Positions 24,307 to 35,907 of a stretch of 64,000 nt of DNA are shown here, one piece after another. Below the pieces are notes generated by a model. It was not told where the DNA came from and did not search any database. It worked only from the letters and a program-made list of their open reading frames with translations. Numbering within the stretch: position 1 is the first letter of the stretch; the number at the start of each line of letters is the position of its first letter. Made by a program: the position numbers and the translations under genes. The stretch comes from Proteromonas lacertae (Eukaryota): NCBI GenBank assembly GCA_002245135.1, contig NGBS01000899.1:1-64000 (forward strand), given 5' to 3'.

Positions 24307-25257
24307 ATGGCTCATTTCGAGATAGCAGGTTGTTCAGATGATTTAGAATATGCTAAAGTAATAATTGTTATATTTTATCGTAGATTGAAAGAATTGGAGA
24401 CATACTACAATACTCTTTGCCATGTTGTACAATAAAAAAGTATTTAATACACCGTGCTGATTGGAAACATTTTATTGATGAGACATGTAGAATTTATGGG
24501 TATTGAATTCTTAATATATATTATAGTTTTCTTCATGACAAAGACAAAGCATTAGTTTGGACTCAAAATGGCGAATATATTGGCGATTGTGATGCTTTTG
24601 CAAGGTATGTGAAAAGAATTTATGGAATTGACTGTGATCTTTCTTCAGATGATCTACAGAATCTAACGAATGAAAATGAGGACCAAGCAGAATGGTTGAA
24701 GAATCAACGAGAAGTGAAGCAAGTAAAAGAGAAAAGAGCATTAGTTATTTGTGGAATTCAAAATCAATTTTGTCCAACAGGACCAAGAGAAATCAAAGGT
24801 GTAAATCCATTTTTATTGGATAGAATTAATTGGGCAAGAAGACATATTCATTGGGATTTAGTTATTATAATATTATATGTTCATCCTCTTCCTGATGATG
24901 AACCGATAGAAGATGATGTAAATCAAAAATTATATGCTCATTTATATAAAGAAGATACTGACTTAATATTTCAATTAAAAGAAGGAGAATTCAATTGTCT
25001 ACCAATAATAAATGAAATTAGAAAAAATGAAATTACAAAAGTGTATATATCAGGTCATAGTATTGACAAAGAACTAAGAACAATTAGTACTACATTGCAT
25101 GCTGCTTTCTTTGATGTTACAGTATTAAAGAATGCTTCAACTTACACTGATCCTGATTGTAAAGAAAGTGCTGTATTAGAGTTAGAATCGGAAAGGAATT
25201 CAATTTATTTCTACATCAAGTTTACCCCACGATGATGCTATTATAAAGTTAGGTTAA
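24307..25257 (+). CDS. MDH1B-N/glutaredoxin-like domain fused to a degenerate isochorismatase/nicotinamidase domain
   Basis: N-terminal MAHFEIAGCSDDLEYAK..LVWTQNGEYIGDCDAF..YG; then RALVICGIQNQFCPTG..KVYISGHSID..FDVTVLKNAS. Two introns; a probable 1-nt error near 25190. Confidence 0.65.
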
Positions 25258-25291
25258 ATTAAATATATATTATTAATAGCAAATAATTATT

Positions 25292-27397
25292 TTATTCTGC
25301 ATTTTCTTCATTTATTAGAATTTTGACATAATCACTCCTATTATAGTTTTCATAGAAATAATCATTATATTCTCGTGTAATACATTTCACTGGTAAAACA
25401 GCTCTTTTGCAAAATGTTGATTGATATTCTATTTCTATTAATGAACATTTATCACTAACATTATATTTTCGAACTACGGGATATTCATAATTGAAGATAT
25501 TATCTAGTTTCTTTTCAACTTTTGAATAGAATTTCAACAAAATAGCTGGATTTATATGAAAGATATAATCATATACTAAATAATCATCAATAACACAAGA
25601 ACATATACCATTCACACACAACTCATTGGTTACATTTATTATGTGATAATTTGGTATGGCAAACATTGGAGGAAAGTTTACAAATGTTGAGTTTATTCCA
25701 ATTATTGTATAACATTTTGTTTTTCTATTGATTATACATTCTGAACACATACAATTGACATTATTCTTTCTTGAAACTGGATGATTGGCAAATGAGATTA
25801 TAATATCACTCTTTCTACTACATAAATATAACAATTCTTTATATCTGTCAACAAATGAATCATATTCATTTTCAATGATATATTGGTAAGCACTAAATAT
25901 GGGAATAATTATATGATAATATGATTTAATCTCTATATAGCTTGATTTAAATAGCTTTCGGAAATAATAATAGATATAAGTTAATGTCAAGTTTCTAACA
26001 TATGCATATTTTCTTAATATCCATAACCACTGAGTAGCATATGAATCACCTATCACTAAAATTGATCTCTTTGGATTATAATTACTTGGATATGTTTGGC
26101 AACAATCACACACAATATCTCCAAAGTAATTAAATAAAACTTCTGGATTATTAATGTTTATTTTTGAATAATCAATAGGTTTATCAAAAGTGTGTAAATA
26201 TAATGGAATTACTCTATCAATATAACCATCTGGTTTAGATATTATTGTCGATATATATTCAGACATATTATTATCAGAAGAATCTAAAAATGTTGGATTA
26301 TAATTCAATAATTTATCATGATAATAGTCATAATTTATGTAACATATATAACTATTAAGAAACGGAATTAATACCAACAACATATTCATGAAAAGCATTT
26401 GGTATTCTGACATTCTCAGCTTTTGAATTCTTTTGTCATATATTTCATAAAACAAAATACTTAAAGTAAATATTATAATAATCTTTATATATTTATTATT
26501 TGTTGGCAATAATTCTATTAAAGGATAATGAATTAGATATATTAAATAAGAACATTTTCCTATATATTTAATTATTCTATTACTCAGTAATATATTCTTC
26601 ATTTCTTTATGACTAATAATCAACAAACAGATAATAATCATAAACAACAACATAATTTGATCTGTGATTACTTTATTAAACGTTAAGAAACTATTAACAA
26701 AATGGAAAAGAAATGGTGAAATAATAAATAGTATACACAACACTATTTCATTAAATGAGTTTTTAAACTTTGTTAATTTTAATAATCCACCACTATTTAA
26801 TTCAAACATACGATAAAACAAAGAATAATATACACTTATGTCATTATAAATAAACATAATTCTTAAACCATAAGCAAATGATATTATTATCATCACAATC
26901 ATCAAATATATTGACATTTTATTAACTATATACAATAAAAATGGATATATTAAGTAATATTGAAACTCTACTGATAGAGACCAATAATTCATTATTGAGC
27001 TTGGATGTAAATCACTAAAATAATCTTGTTTTATACTTATAAAATACTGATTTGATAAGAATAAAGAACTATAATAAATATCATAGAATATAACTGGATT
27101 TGTATTATTCTGGTGCATTTTATATATCAAATAAACATACAATACAACACAAGAACACGGCATTATCCGTTTCAATCGCTTGTTAATAAATCTAAAATAT
27201 GTTGCACTAAAGGATTCTTCTTTGCTCATTTCTAAAGATTGTGTAATAAAATATCCAGATATTAGAAAGAAAATATCAACTCCCATATAGCCATAATCAA
27301 AATATTTGAAATGAAGATGAAACATTAAGACTAATATTACAGCATATCCTCTTAATCCATCAATATGATCAACATAGTCGGTAGTTTTATTTTTCAT
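25292..27397 (-). CDS. OafA-like acyltransferase-3 plus SGNH domain O-acetyltransferase (intronless)
   Basis: IDGLRGYAV..FH, GYMGVDIFFLISGY, RLKRIMP, WSLSVEFQYY, GKCSYLIYLIHYP; C-terminal GDSYA and DYIFH (approximate DxxH). Confidence 0.9.
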   Translation of the reverse strand: MKNKTTDYVDHIDGLRGYAVILVLMFHLHFKYFDYGYMGVDIFFLISGYFITQSLEMSKEESFSATYFRFINKRLKRIMPCSCVVLYVYLIYKMHQNNTNPVIFYDIYYSSLFLSNQYFISIKQDYFSDLHPSSIMNYWSLSVEFQYYLIYPFLLYIVNKMSIYLMIVMIIISFAYGLRIMFIYNDISVYYSLFYRMFELNSGGLLKLTKFKNSFNEIVLCILFIISPFLFHFVNSFLTFNKVITDQIMLLFMIIICLLIISHKEMKNILLSNRIIKYIGKCSYLIYLIHYPLIELLPTNNKYIKIIIIFTLSILFYEIYDKRIQKLRMSEYQMLFMNMLLVLIPFLNSYICYINYDYYHDKLLNYNPTFLDSSDNNMSEYISTIISKPDGYIDRVIPLYLHTFDKPIDYSKININNPEVLFNYFGDIVCDCCQTYPSNYNPKRSILVIGDSYATQWLWILRKYAYVRNLTLTYIYYYFRKLFKSSYIEIKSYYHIIIPIFSAYQYIIENEYDSFVDRYKELLYLCSRKSDIIISFANHPVSRKNNVNCMCSECIINRKTKCYTIIGINSTFVNFPPMFAIPNYHIINVTNELCVNGICSCVIDDYLVYDYIFHINPAILLKFYSKVEKKLDNIFNYEYPVVRKYNVSDKCSLIEIEYQSTFCKRAVLPVKCITREYNDYFYENYNRSDYVKILINEENAE

Positions 27398-27531
27398 GAT
27401 GCATAGATGCTTCAAAAAACAAGAAATAAAAATTATGAAACGAATATAATTTTTGTACTAATTTCTTTTCTTTTAACCACAAATAACAATCACATTTATT
27501 AACTTTATTTAAATGAGATAAATATATACTA

Positions 27532-28799
27532 TTAACTATTATTATATACAAATTTTTCTTTTGAGCGTAAATTGAATTTATCTTCATAACATTCTAGAGA
27601 AATAACAGATGATTTAATGACTAACAAATCTTTTTCATTGGTGGAACATATTGAAGTATCATTTTCTTTCACTTCTTCTGGAACTAATGGAGATTGTAGA
27701 AACACTTTTATCAATTAAATAAACATAATTAAATATTGAAAAATGATATATTTTCTCTATATCCATCTTCTTCATACACTGATTCAAAGTCATTTATATT
27801 AAAAATATGCAAAAAAGTGCGAAATACATATTTATTATCTTCATAAACAATGAATCTAGGTAATATAATTGTTCTATTCAATATCTTTCCCATATAAGCT
27901 AAAAATGTAATTGCATCTACTGGATTCACTTCCTTTACATTTAGTGAATATTTATATCTTATATATTTTCGTGTTTTGGATGAATAATATTCATTATCAT
28001 CAATTTTCCATAATCCCAATTCTTTAAATCGATATTTTTTAGCTATTCCTCCTTCTATACAATTATTGTGAAATCCGATTGTTTTACAATTTGTTACATC
28101 ATCCACAAAGTGTTTAAAATATCGAAAATAAAAAAATCCAATAGCAAATGTCAATAGACTAAATACTCCATATTTTAAATTATTTATTCTTTTCGCTGAG
28201 ATAATTAAATTAGTTATTCCTTGATCCATAAAATCAAAATCTCTTTGCCCGATTTTAGTTATCTCTAAAACTCTCTCAAACAGCCTTATTGATGCTTTTG
28301 TTGGTTTTATATACATTAATCCACAATTTAATTCTGTATGATTTCCTTCTATAAAATCAGTAGCATATGTAATATCATTCTTTGGATCTATATGATTTAA
28401 TAAATTTAAAGGATTTTCAAAGAAATATAAATCAGAATCAAAACATAGTATAGTTAAATTTTGCCTTAGATATTCCAGTAATATTTTGAATCTGTCATTT
28501 ATCTTTTTAGTATATTGCTCTGTGTATTGAAACGTTGATGCTACATTGTCATTCATCTCAATAGGAGAGTATTCTACAGGAATTCCATATTTTTCATACA
28601 CCGCATATGAAGATGGATTCCAAACTACCATTTTAAAATTTGGAACATTATATTTCAGTATTACTTCCTTATAAAAGTTTCTAACAAAATCTATTACATT
28701 GTAATCACCTACAATCACTATTTTATCAGGAATTGGTACATTATAGCAATTAACATTTATCCTGATAAAAAATATAATAATAAAGATATGATAAGACAT
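27532..28799 (-). CDS. Nucleotide-diphospho-sugar transferase (GT77-like) with signal anchor; one non-canonical intron at 27706-27749
   Basis: FDSD (DxD)..NP, LNCGLMYIKPT, MDQ..N, HNNC..KKYRFKELGLW; last exon VFLQSPLVP..NNS*. Confidence 0.8.
27706..27749 (-). other. Putative U12-type intron, 44 nt, AT-AA termini
   Basis: ATATCATTTT...TATTTAATTGATAAAA. Removal joins YREN to VFLQSPLVP in frame, and no local GT-AG pair restores the frame. Confidence 0.65.
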
Positions 28800-28910
28800 G
28801 ATAATTTAAATTTTAAAGAAATGGGTTTGAAAATTTGGCAAAATAATAATTTAAAAGTGAATTTTAGGTTCATATACATCATTATAGCGATAAATTCATA
28901 TCATAATAGA

Positions 28911-29875
28911 ATGAAATATATTGTGTTGTATTTAATTATGTTATTATTTATAAAGTTATCACTTTGCAATCATACTTTATATGTAATACATTAATTATAT
29001 CAAAAACAAATACCATGTGCTGATGTACTATATGAAAATTTAATTGCTTCTTCACATGATTGGAATAGTAATTCTGAATTATTGAAAAGATGTAGAATAG
29101 TCTGCATAAATAGTATATTGAATTATGAACAGGTAATAAATTTAAGATCTAATCCTCAAAATGTAGTTTGGAGTTTATTTTTGTTTGGAATACATAGTAA
29201 AGACTTTTATTGTGGTCCATTTCCAGTACCATCAAGTTAGATAAAGTTTCCCGTTGCTAGTTATGAAATGGATTGGTATAAACATATGCAAGAAATAAGT
29301 GGTTATGTTGTTCAAACAAAAAGAATAAGAAATCATATAGTTAAAAGATCTAATACATATTCAATGTTGAATAAATATTTAGTTGGTTCCAAATTGTATG
29401 AAGTACAAACCAGTAGTGAATAGTACAGTTAATAGTTGGGATAATAGGTTATACGATTTTATATTGTATTTGAAATATGAAGATTTTAACAAAACAGATG
29501 AAGGAAATGTTCTTTATAATGAATTATCAAAAGTTTATATAGTTAAAGTAATTGTTTATGGTAGTTATAAAGTAGAAGATTTATTTGAATATGGAAATAA
29601 ATCAAAATTTGTTTTATATTTTTCATTTTATGTATATCTTCATCTTTAATCGAATGCAGAGTATGGAGTTTTGTAATAGCATTTCAACAAGAATGATAGA
29701 TAAGAATAATGTATTTTTCTTCCAGAGTTAGAGAATAATATTACAGGATCAATTATTAACATAAGAAAAATAGCAATACAGAAACATGATAGTGTATATT
29801 TAGCAAATTATAATAGAAAAAAACATGATTGTATCAATTCATTCAAAACATTTTTAGATCAAGTAAAAAAGTAAA
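28911..29875 (+). pseudogene. Decayed secreted protein gene, possibly glycosyltransferase-like
   Basis: Signal peptide MKYIVLYLIMLLF. The frame stays coding-like through in-frame TAA (28992) and TAG (29238) with no removable intron, and there are further frameshifts near 29385 and after 29640. Confidence 0.55.
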
Positions 29876-29944
29876 TTTAATAATATATTAAGATTATATT
29901 TATTTTTAATTATTGTTTTGGTTAAATGATACATTAAGGAAAAG

Positions 29945-31271
29945 TTACATTATAATACAAGGTCCTTTCTTTTGTTCTTGTTCTGCATTAACTACATTTC
30001 TATAAGCCACTTCAGCATTTCTTTTACCATCTTCTGTTACTTCTTCAACTTTTTCTATTTACACAATTAAATAAATAAATATATAATGTATAACATACTA
30101 ACCATTTCACCTTGTTCTTTTACCATTTGACCAAGTTCTTTGAAAGTTGCATTTACATCAACTACATCTTGATGAAGATTCTGTAATGCTTTTGCTCTAT
30201 CATTAATCAATTCATGATTTAATTCAACTTCTGTTCGATGTGTTTTTATCAGATTCTTTGCTATTTCTGTTTCATTTTCTTCATATTCTAATGGTTTAGG
30301 CGGTGGAGGTGTTTTTTTCATTAATATTTGATAATTCTTAAATATATTTTCATATGTTTCAATTTCTTTATCCAAATCTCTTTGTAATTTACTTGCTGCT
30401 TTCTTTTGTAATGACCCACATGATTGTAATTCCATAACAGCTTGTTGAGTCTATTAACAATAATAAGCATTAACAACAATACTTCAGTTTTGAGTTTTTT
30501 ATATTCATTAATTGCATTGGTTAAACCAATTCTATATTGATATGTATCATCTGAACTACCAAGTGTTGTTCAATGATGTTTCAACGATTTGACGTAGTTT
30601 CATTAACGATTGAAGATTCTTTGTTATCTATTTATATATAATATTAATTAACTATACTTTTGGTTGTAATTCATCAGGTAATCTTCTCTTTGATTCTTGT
30701 TCAGCACTATATATATTAATATATATTAATATAATATGATAATAATACTATTCTTCTGATAATGGTGCACGAGTTCTGACCCAACGTCTTCTACGAATAC
30801 ATTTGTTCCAATTAGGATCTTTATCTTTTCTAATATCATTATGTGAATTTAAATTATTTGTAGTTTCACTATATTTTTAAAATATTTTCTATATATACGC
30901 ATATTCAAATCCTTCTTCATCTGAAAAACGTGTTTTAGTAACTTTCCATTCATTGATCCAAATCCATCCTTCTGGTAATGATTGTTCGATGATACTCATT
31001 TCTCTATTTTAATAAATGTCATATTATATATACTTTTCTACACCTTTCATTGGTTCTGCTGGGTTATAATCTTCTTTAGTGGTTTGTTCACACCATTTAC
31101 CTGTTTTATAAACCCACAACTGATTTTGGTAAATCTGAAATATATAATATTAATAATATACTTCTTCTGCCACTCCTAGATTAGTCTGAACATTTTCTGC
31201 TGATATTTTTGGCTGTTCAACTATGAAATCTATAAAAACAAACACAATATACCAATTTGTCCTTGGAACAT
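29945..31271 (-). CDS. DysF-domain Qa-SNARE (syntaxin 7/12-like) ending in a CaaX box
   Basis: IYQNQLW..W, LPEGWIWINEW, DEEGFEYA, IRRRRWVRTR (DysF); LGSSDDT..R (Habc); RAKALQNLHQDVVDVNATFKELGQMVKEQGEMV (SNARE); C-terminus KKGPCIIM*. Confidence 0.8.
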
Positions 31272-31408
31272 CTAACTGTGCTTTCTTAAAAGTCATCTGT
31301 GGTAAGATATTAGTTTATAGATCACTACAAATAGATATATTGCCAGATAAAACACAAAGAACTCAAACCTTTGCTTGATTGAAATAGTTTTTTTTTTAAA
31401 TTTGAATC

Positions 31409-31947
31409 ATGTCTGCAGAAGAAATAGCTAGTGTATCATAAATGATATTTACATTGTCGTATAGCAATATAAAATGAAAAAGGAGAGTATTGATAGAGTT
31501 TATCAAAAAATATCTGAATTAGAAATGGAAGCAGAAGAACATGGGTATATTCATTCAAGTAATTGTAATTAATAGTCTGGTGCTTAAATCACTGGAAGTT
31601 TTACCAGCAGAGAAGAAAGCTTATAGAATGGTAGGAGGTGTGTTAGTTCAGAAGACAGTTGGTGAAGTAGTTCCAGAAATCAAAGAAAACCGCGAGTCTG
31701 TATTTTTTGTTGTATTATATTTAGTTATTGGGAATTATCGGTAAATTAAATGAGCAAGTAAAAGGTTTACAAAAAGATCTTACTGAATTTGAGGTATATA
31801 AATGTTTTATTGTGTTATTTTAATAGAAAGTACATAATATCAAATTCAATCCAAAAGATAATACAATTTCAATTGACAGTATTCATATTTATTTATATAA
31901 TTTTAATAGCCAATTCTGCATCTCAATCGACAGGAGTTTTAGCATAA
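31409..31947 (+). CDS. PFDN2: Prefoldin subunit 2
   Basis: Spliced KISELEMEAEEH..KAYRMVGGVLVQKTVGEVVP and C-terminal GVLA*; five short introns. Confidence 0.92.
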
Positions 31948-32111
31948 TTTTGTTTTTATTAAGTATGTGTCATTTGGGAATTATTTCATAATTCATATTT
32001 TATACTAAAAATTAAGATATATAAAAATCAAATCACATCACCGTAATACATACGCTGCTATATATTGTCATTTTATGCAGAGCATAACTGTCGTTTATTA
32101 TATCTTTAGTT

Positions 32112-33304
32112 ATGTCAGATACAGTCTTAATACCTTTAAATTCAGCATCAGAAGAAGCGTTAGAAATAAAAGAACCATGGTACAATAAACTAAAAGCTGA
32201 TTATGTTGTATCTCACATGAAACAAGTTTATAATATGTACTTTGTGGTTAGTTTAGGGATTACTTGTGATAAGTGATGTATCTTCAACCATATTTTACAA
32301 GAAAACATTAAACTTGTTAATCGATTATCAAGGATTAGTAGCAATAACAACAATTATTATTTCATTATTCTATTCATTGCTAGTTGTATTACACAGAGAT
32401 ATATTTTACTCATATAGATATTATGTTTTCATCAATTCACATTTATTCGAATAAAAGAAAAGAAGTTTTGGTATCTTATAGTGTCAATTGCATTGACAGA
32501 AAGTATTACAAATGTATTACAGATAGTTGGTTCTGATATGATGGGTAAAGACAGTGGAGCATTGATGACAACAATTAGTCAAGGAAAGATACTGTTTCTA
32601 TTTCTATTTTCTATTATTTTCCTTCATACAAAGTATAAAATCACTTATATTTATTATTAGATACAATAATCTATCATTTTTAGGATTTCTGTTGGTGTTA
32701 TTAGGTATTTTATTTACAGTTATTCCAATGGTTTATAATATCATTGATTTCAACATTGGTACTCTGTTATTCTTTTGTGCTAATATTCCAATAGCTATTA
32801 ACACATTATTAAAACAACAAATTCTATCTAAATATACAATATCTGTGTTTGAATTGTTGTTATTGAAAAGAATATTTGAAATTCCTTTTACTGTTTTAAT
32901 TTATCCTTTATACAACAATTTTTCACTTCATAATATATTTCCCAATTTGAAAGAAGGAATTATATATTTATTCAACTCTCCAAAACATTGGGGTTTAGTT
33001 ATTCTGTTTAATACAATCAGTTTTATTTGGGTATATTATAATATGATGATTTATTATGCAATAGATGATCTTATGTTTTATCTTCATTAGAATCTTTGAT
33101 GGAATGCTTCAAATATTAGGTAATCTAGTAGCAGTGCCATTATCAACATTGTCATTTTCAATACCAATAATTATGGGAATTGATGTTAGTAAAATACCAT
33201 TATTTCAAGTATGTTTATTTAGTTTATAATGAAAATAGATAATTGCAACCGTGTTTCTTACACTTGGATCAACATTATATGCAAGAGCTTTATTATCTCA
33301 TTAA
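32112..33304 (+). CDS. Multi-pass DMT-superfamily transporter, CRT-like
   Basis: About 10 hydrophobic segments after splicing; motifs FSIIFLHTK/Y..GFLLVLLG, KQQIL, VAVPLSTLSFSIPIIMG. Confidence 0.55.
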
Positions 33305-33600
33305 AAACTATGTTTTTTAAATTAGATATAATATTATTTGCCTTTTTCATCACAAAATACTACATATTAAATTATTTTTGAAAATTTTCAAATTCTTCAC
33401 ACAGTTCTAATTTTATTAATTTTATAAATTATATTTTCAATGATATTGAATACCTCACTAATATCTATTTACAATAAGCTCAGTATTTAGAGATCAGCTC
33501 AAAAAACTGTTGACCCGAAAACAGAAGCACCGAAACATCTCTTCTCGTTTTAAAATTTAAACCAAGAAAGACTAGTGTTTCTTTTTTTCTAACTCACTAA

Positions 33601-35305
33601 ATGGATCAAACATATTTAATTCGTGCAGTTGGAGAAGGTAATCCCCAACGTCAAGTATAATCCCTTTTCTTAACCTTTAGATATTCTTTCGTTTTGGTAA
33701 CTGGTGCTATCAAGGTCCAATTAACTTGGGCTTTACTCATGCACTTACTCTAAGCGATTTACGTTTGATGATGCCAATATTACAAAGACAGCAAGGATCA
33801 TTAAAGCCAGTTTGCGAGTATAATTGCAAAATTATCCATCCTATTATAGATTTGGATCATGTAAAAGAGACAGTAAGCCCATTGCAGCAATTGATACATT
33901 GAATGAGATTTGCTCCGATTTAGAAAAGACTATCATGTCTCTTGACGAGAAGGTAGAAAAAATAATTGCCCAATCAGGAGCTAACGATGACGAAGTTACA
34001 ACATTCTTCCGTCTTGACTTAACTGATTCATTCCCATTTGATCAATTTAATGATTATGAAATTGTAATTTCTAAGACATATTGTAAGCATATTGTTATGC
34101 ATACAATATTAATGGATAAACTATTATATGTAGCATTAAGCGATGGAACAGGTCAACAACAGTTATTGAATACTCAATTCCCTAACCTTAAATCAGTGCA
34201 TGAAGTGTATGAAGTGGAGACATTTGGAGGAGGTTCTATGTTTAAGAAAATATCGTTATGTTTCGGTGGAAATACAGAGAATGAAGAAGCTAAGGAAGAA
34301 ATAAGTGTTGGATTTAATGATGAAAGAGATGAAAATTGTATGTTTTATATATATTTATATTTTATTATGTTTTATATATAGTGAAGGCTGATTTTCAGAA
34401 GGAAGGATATAACCAGACATATTTCATATTGAATCCACCACCAACTTCAGTAATTACTGTAATTAGAGAGGTATTTTTCAGATTTGGTAATTGGTGTTAT
34501 CATGGTGCAATTAATGTAGGTTTCCCACAATTAAAAGAAAGTACAATTCCTGGATTATTACCATTATTACATAAACAACAAAGTAATTTACATTCTACAT
34601 GTCAATATGACAAATTACCACCAGAATCAAAATTCAAGCCATTATTACATACATTTGAGAAAGCTGCTAGATTTATTGAAGTAGCCTTAGAAACAGCTGA
34701 TGAGAAGTTATTGAAAGTAGCTGGTGACGATAAATGGGTAGATGACGATTGGGAAGATGCCTTCTTTCAGTTTGAAACTACTGAGCATCATTACCCAGGT
34801 GTAGACTGTGTAATTAATAAATCATACTCTAAAGGAATATTGTTACATATTTTATATATTCAAAATAGTTATTTTGCTGTATTAACTCAAGCTGCTGATA
34901 ATATCCATTGTTAGATACTTTATTCCCTGATATTTCAAAGAGATTACAATGTCAACATAATTATATTGTATGTTTATTGGTATTTTATATTTTATTTAGC
35001 TTGAGACATTTGCACCAGAAACAGGATTTAAAAACTTCCAATTATGGATAGGAGGACAAAAGAAAGAAGCTCCATCTTCAGCTAAAGAAGTAGCCACATC
35101 TAAACCAACTGTAGTTACAAAGAGTGAATCAAAATCGGAAGGAAAAGAAGAATCAAAAGATGGAGGTTATAATAAAGCTGTAAGTCCAACTAGACCATGG
35201 GTAAAAACACCAATGCGTATTGAGCCTTTAGAAGGAGCACCAAAACCATCTGGTGCAGCTGCTGGAGAAGAAAACATATTTAGAAAAAAGAATATTTTCA
35301 AGTAA
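33601..35305 (+). CDS. Hypothetical protein with an internally duplicated domain
   Basis: QTYLI..IFFRFGNWCYQGPINLGF near the N-terminus recurs as QTYFI..VFFRFGNWCYHGAINVGF; exons joined by short introns. Confidence 0.7.
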
Positions 35306-35455
35306 ATTGCATTATTAAATATTTACCTATTTCTCTTTACAGTAATATGTTGTTTTTTAAGAGTTATAATTATGATTATTTCAAAATATTAACAAAATAC
35401 AAAGTATCCCAATAAAACAATGAGTTAGCTTTAAAGCATCAATTAATATAACCTC

Positions 35456-35680
35456 TTAATTATACTATAATACAGATAATATAAAATTATTATACTTTGA
35501 AGAAACCAATACTGTTGGCATTCTCACGGAAACATCTTCTACATAAATTGAGTCCGTATTTTCTGATTAAACCACAGTTGTTACCACACATACGGCTAGA
35601 AATTATTAGAAGTTATAAAAATACCAGGTTCTTGAACCTTTACCATAATGGTTTGGATGAGTGTTCATAAGGTTTGGCAT
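35456..35680 (-). CDS. RPS29: 40S ribosomal protein S29 (uS14); absent from the ORF track
   Basis: Spliced [54 protein letters not shown]; two introns. Confidence 0.96.
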
Positions 35681-35907
35681 TTTCTAGAATGAAATTCTAT
35701 ACAATAAGATTATGAATATTGGAAAATAAAGAGTATAGTATATTTATATGAAGAGAAAAAACTATAATTATACAATTAATGCAGAAAGCTAATTTGACAT
35801 GATTATACATCAAGTAAATTACCAACTAAACAAACAAAACTTTGCATTAGGTCAAGCAGAAGTGACTCTGAGCCACTTTTCTACCACTTTATTTTTTTGA
35901 TTTTTCT

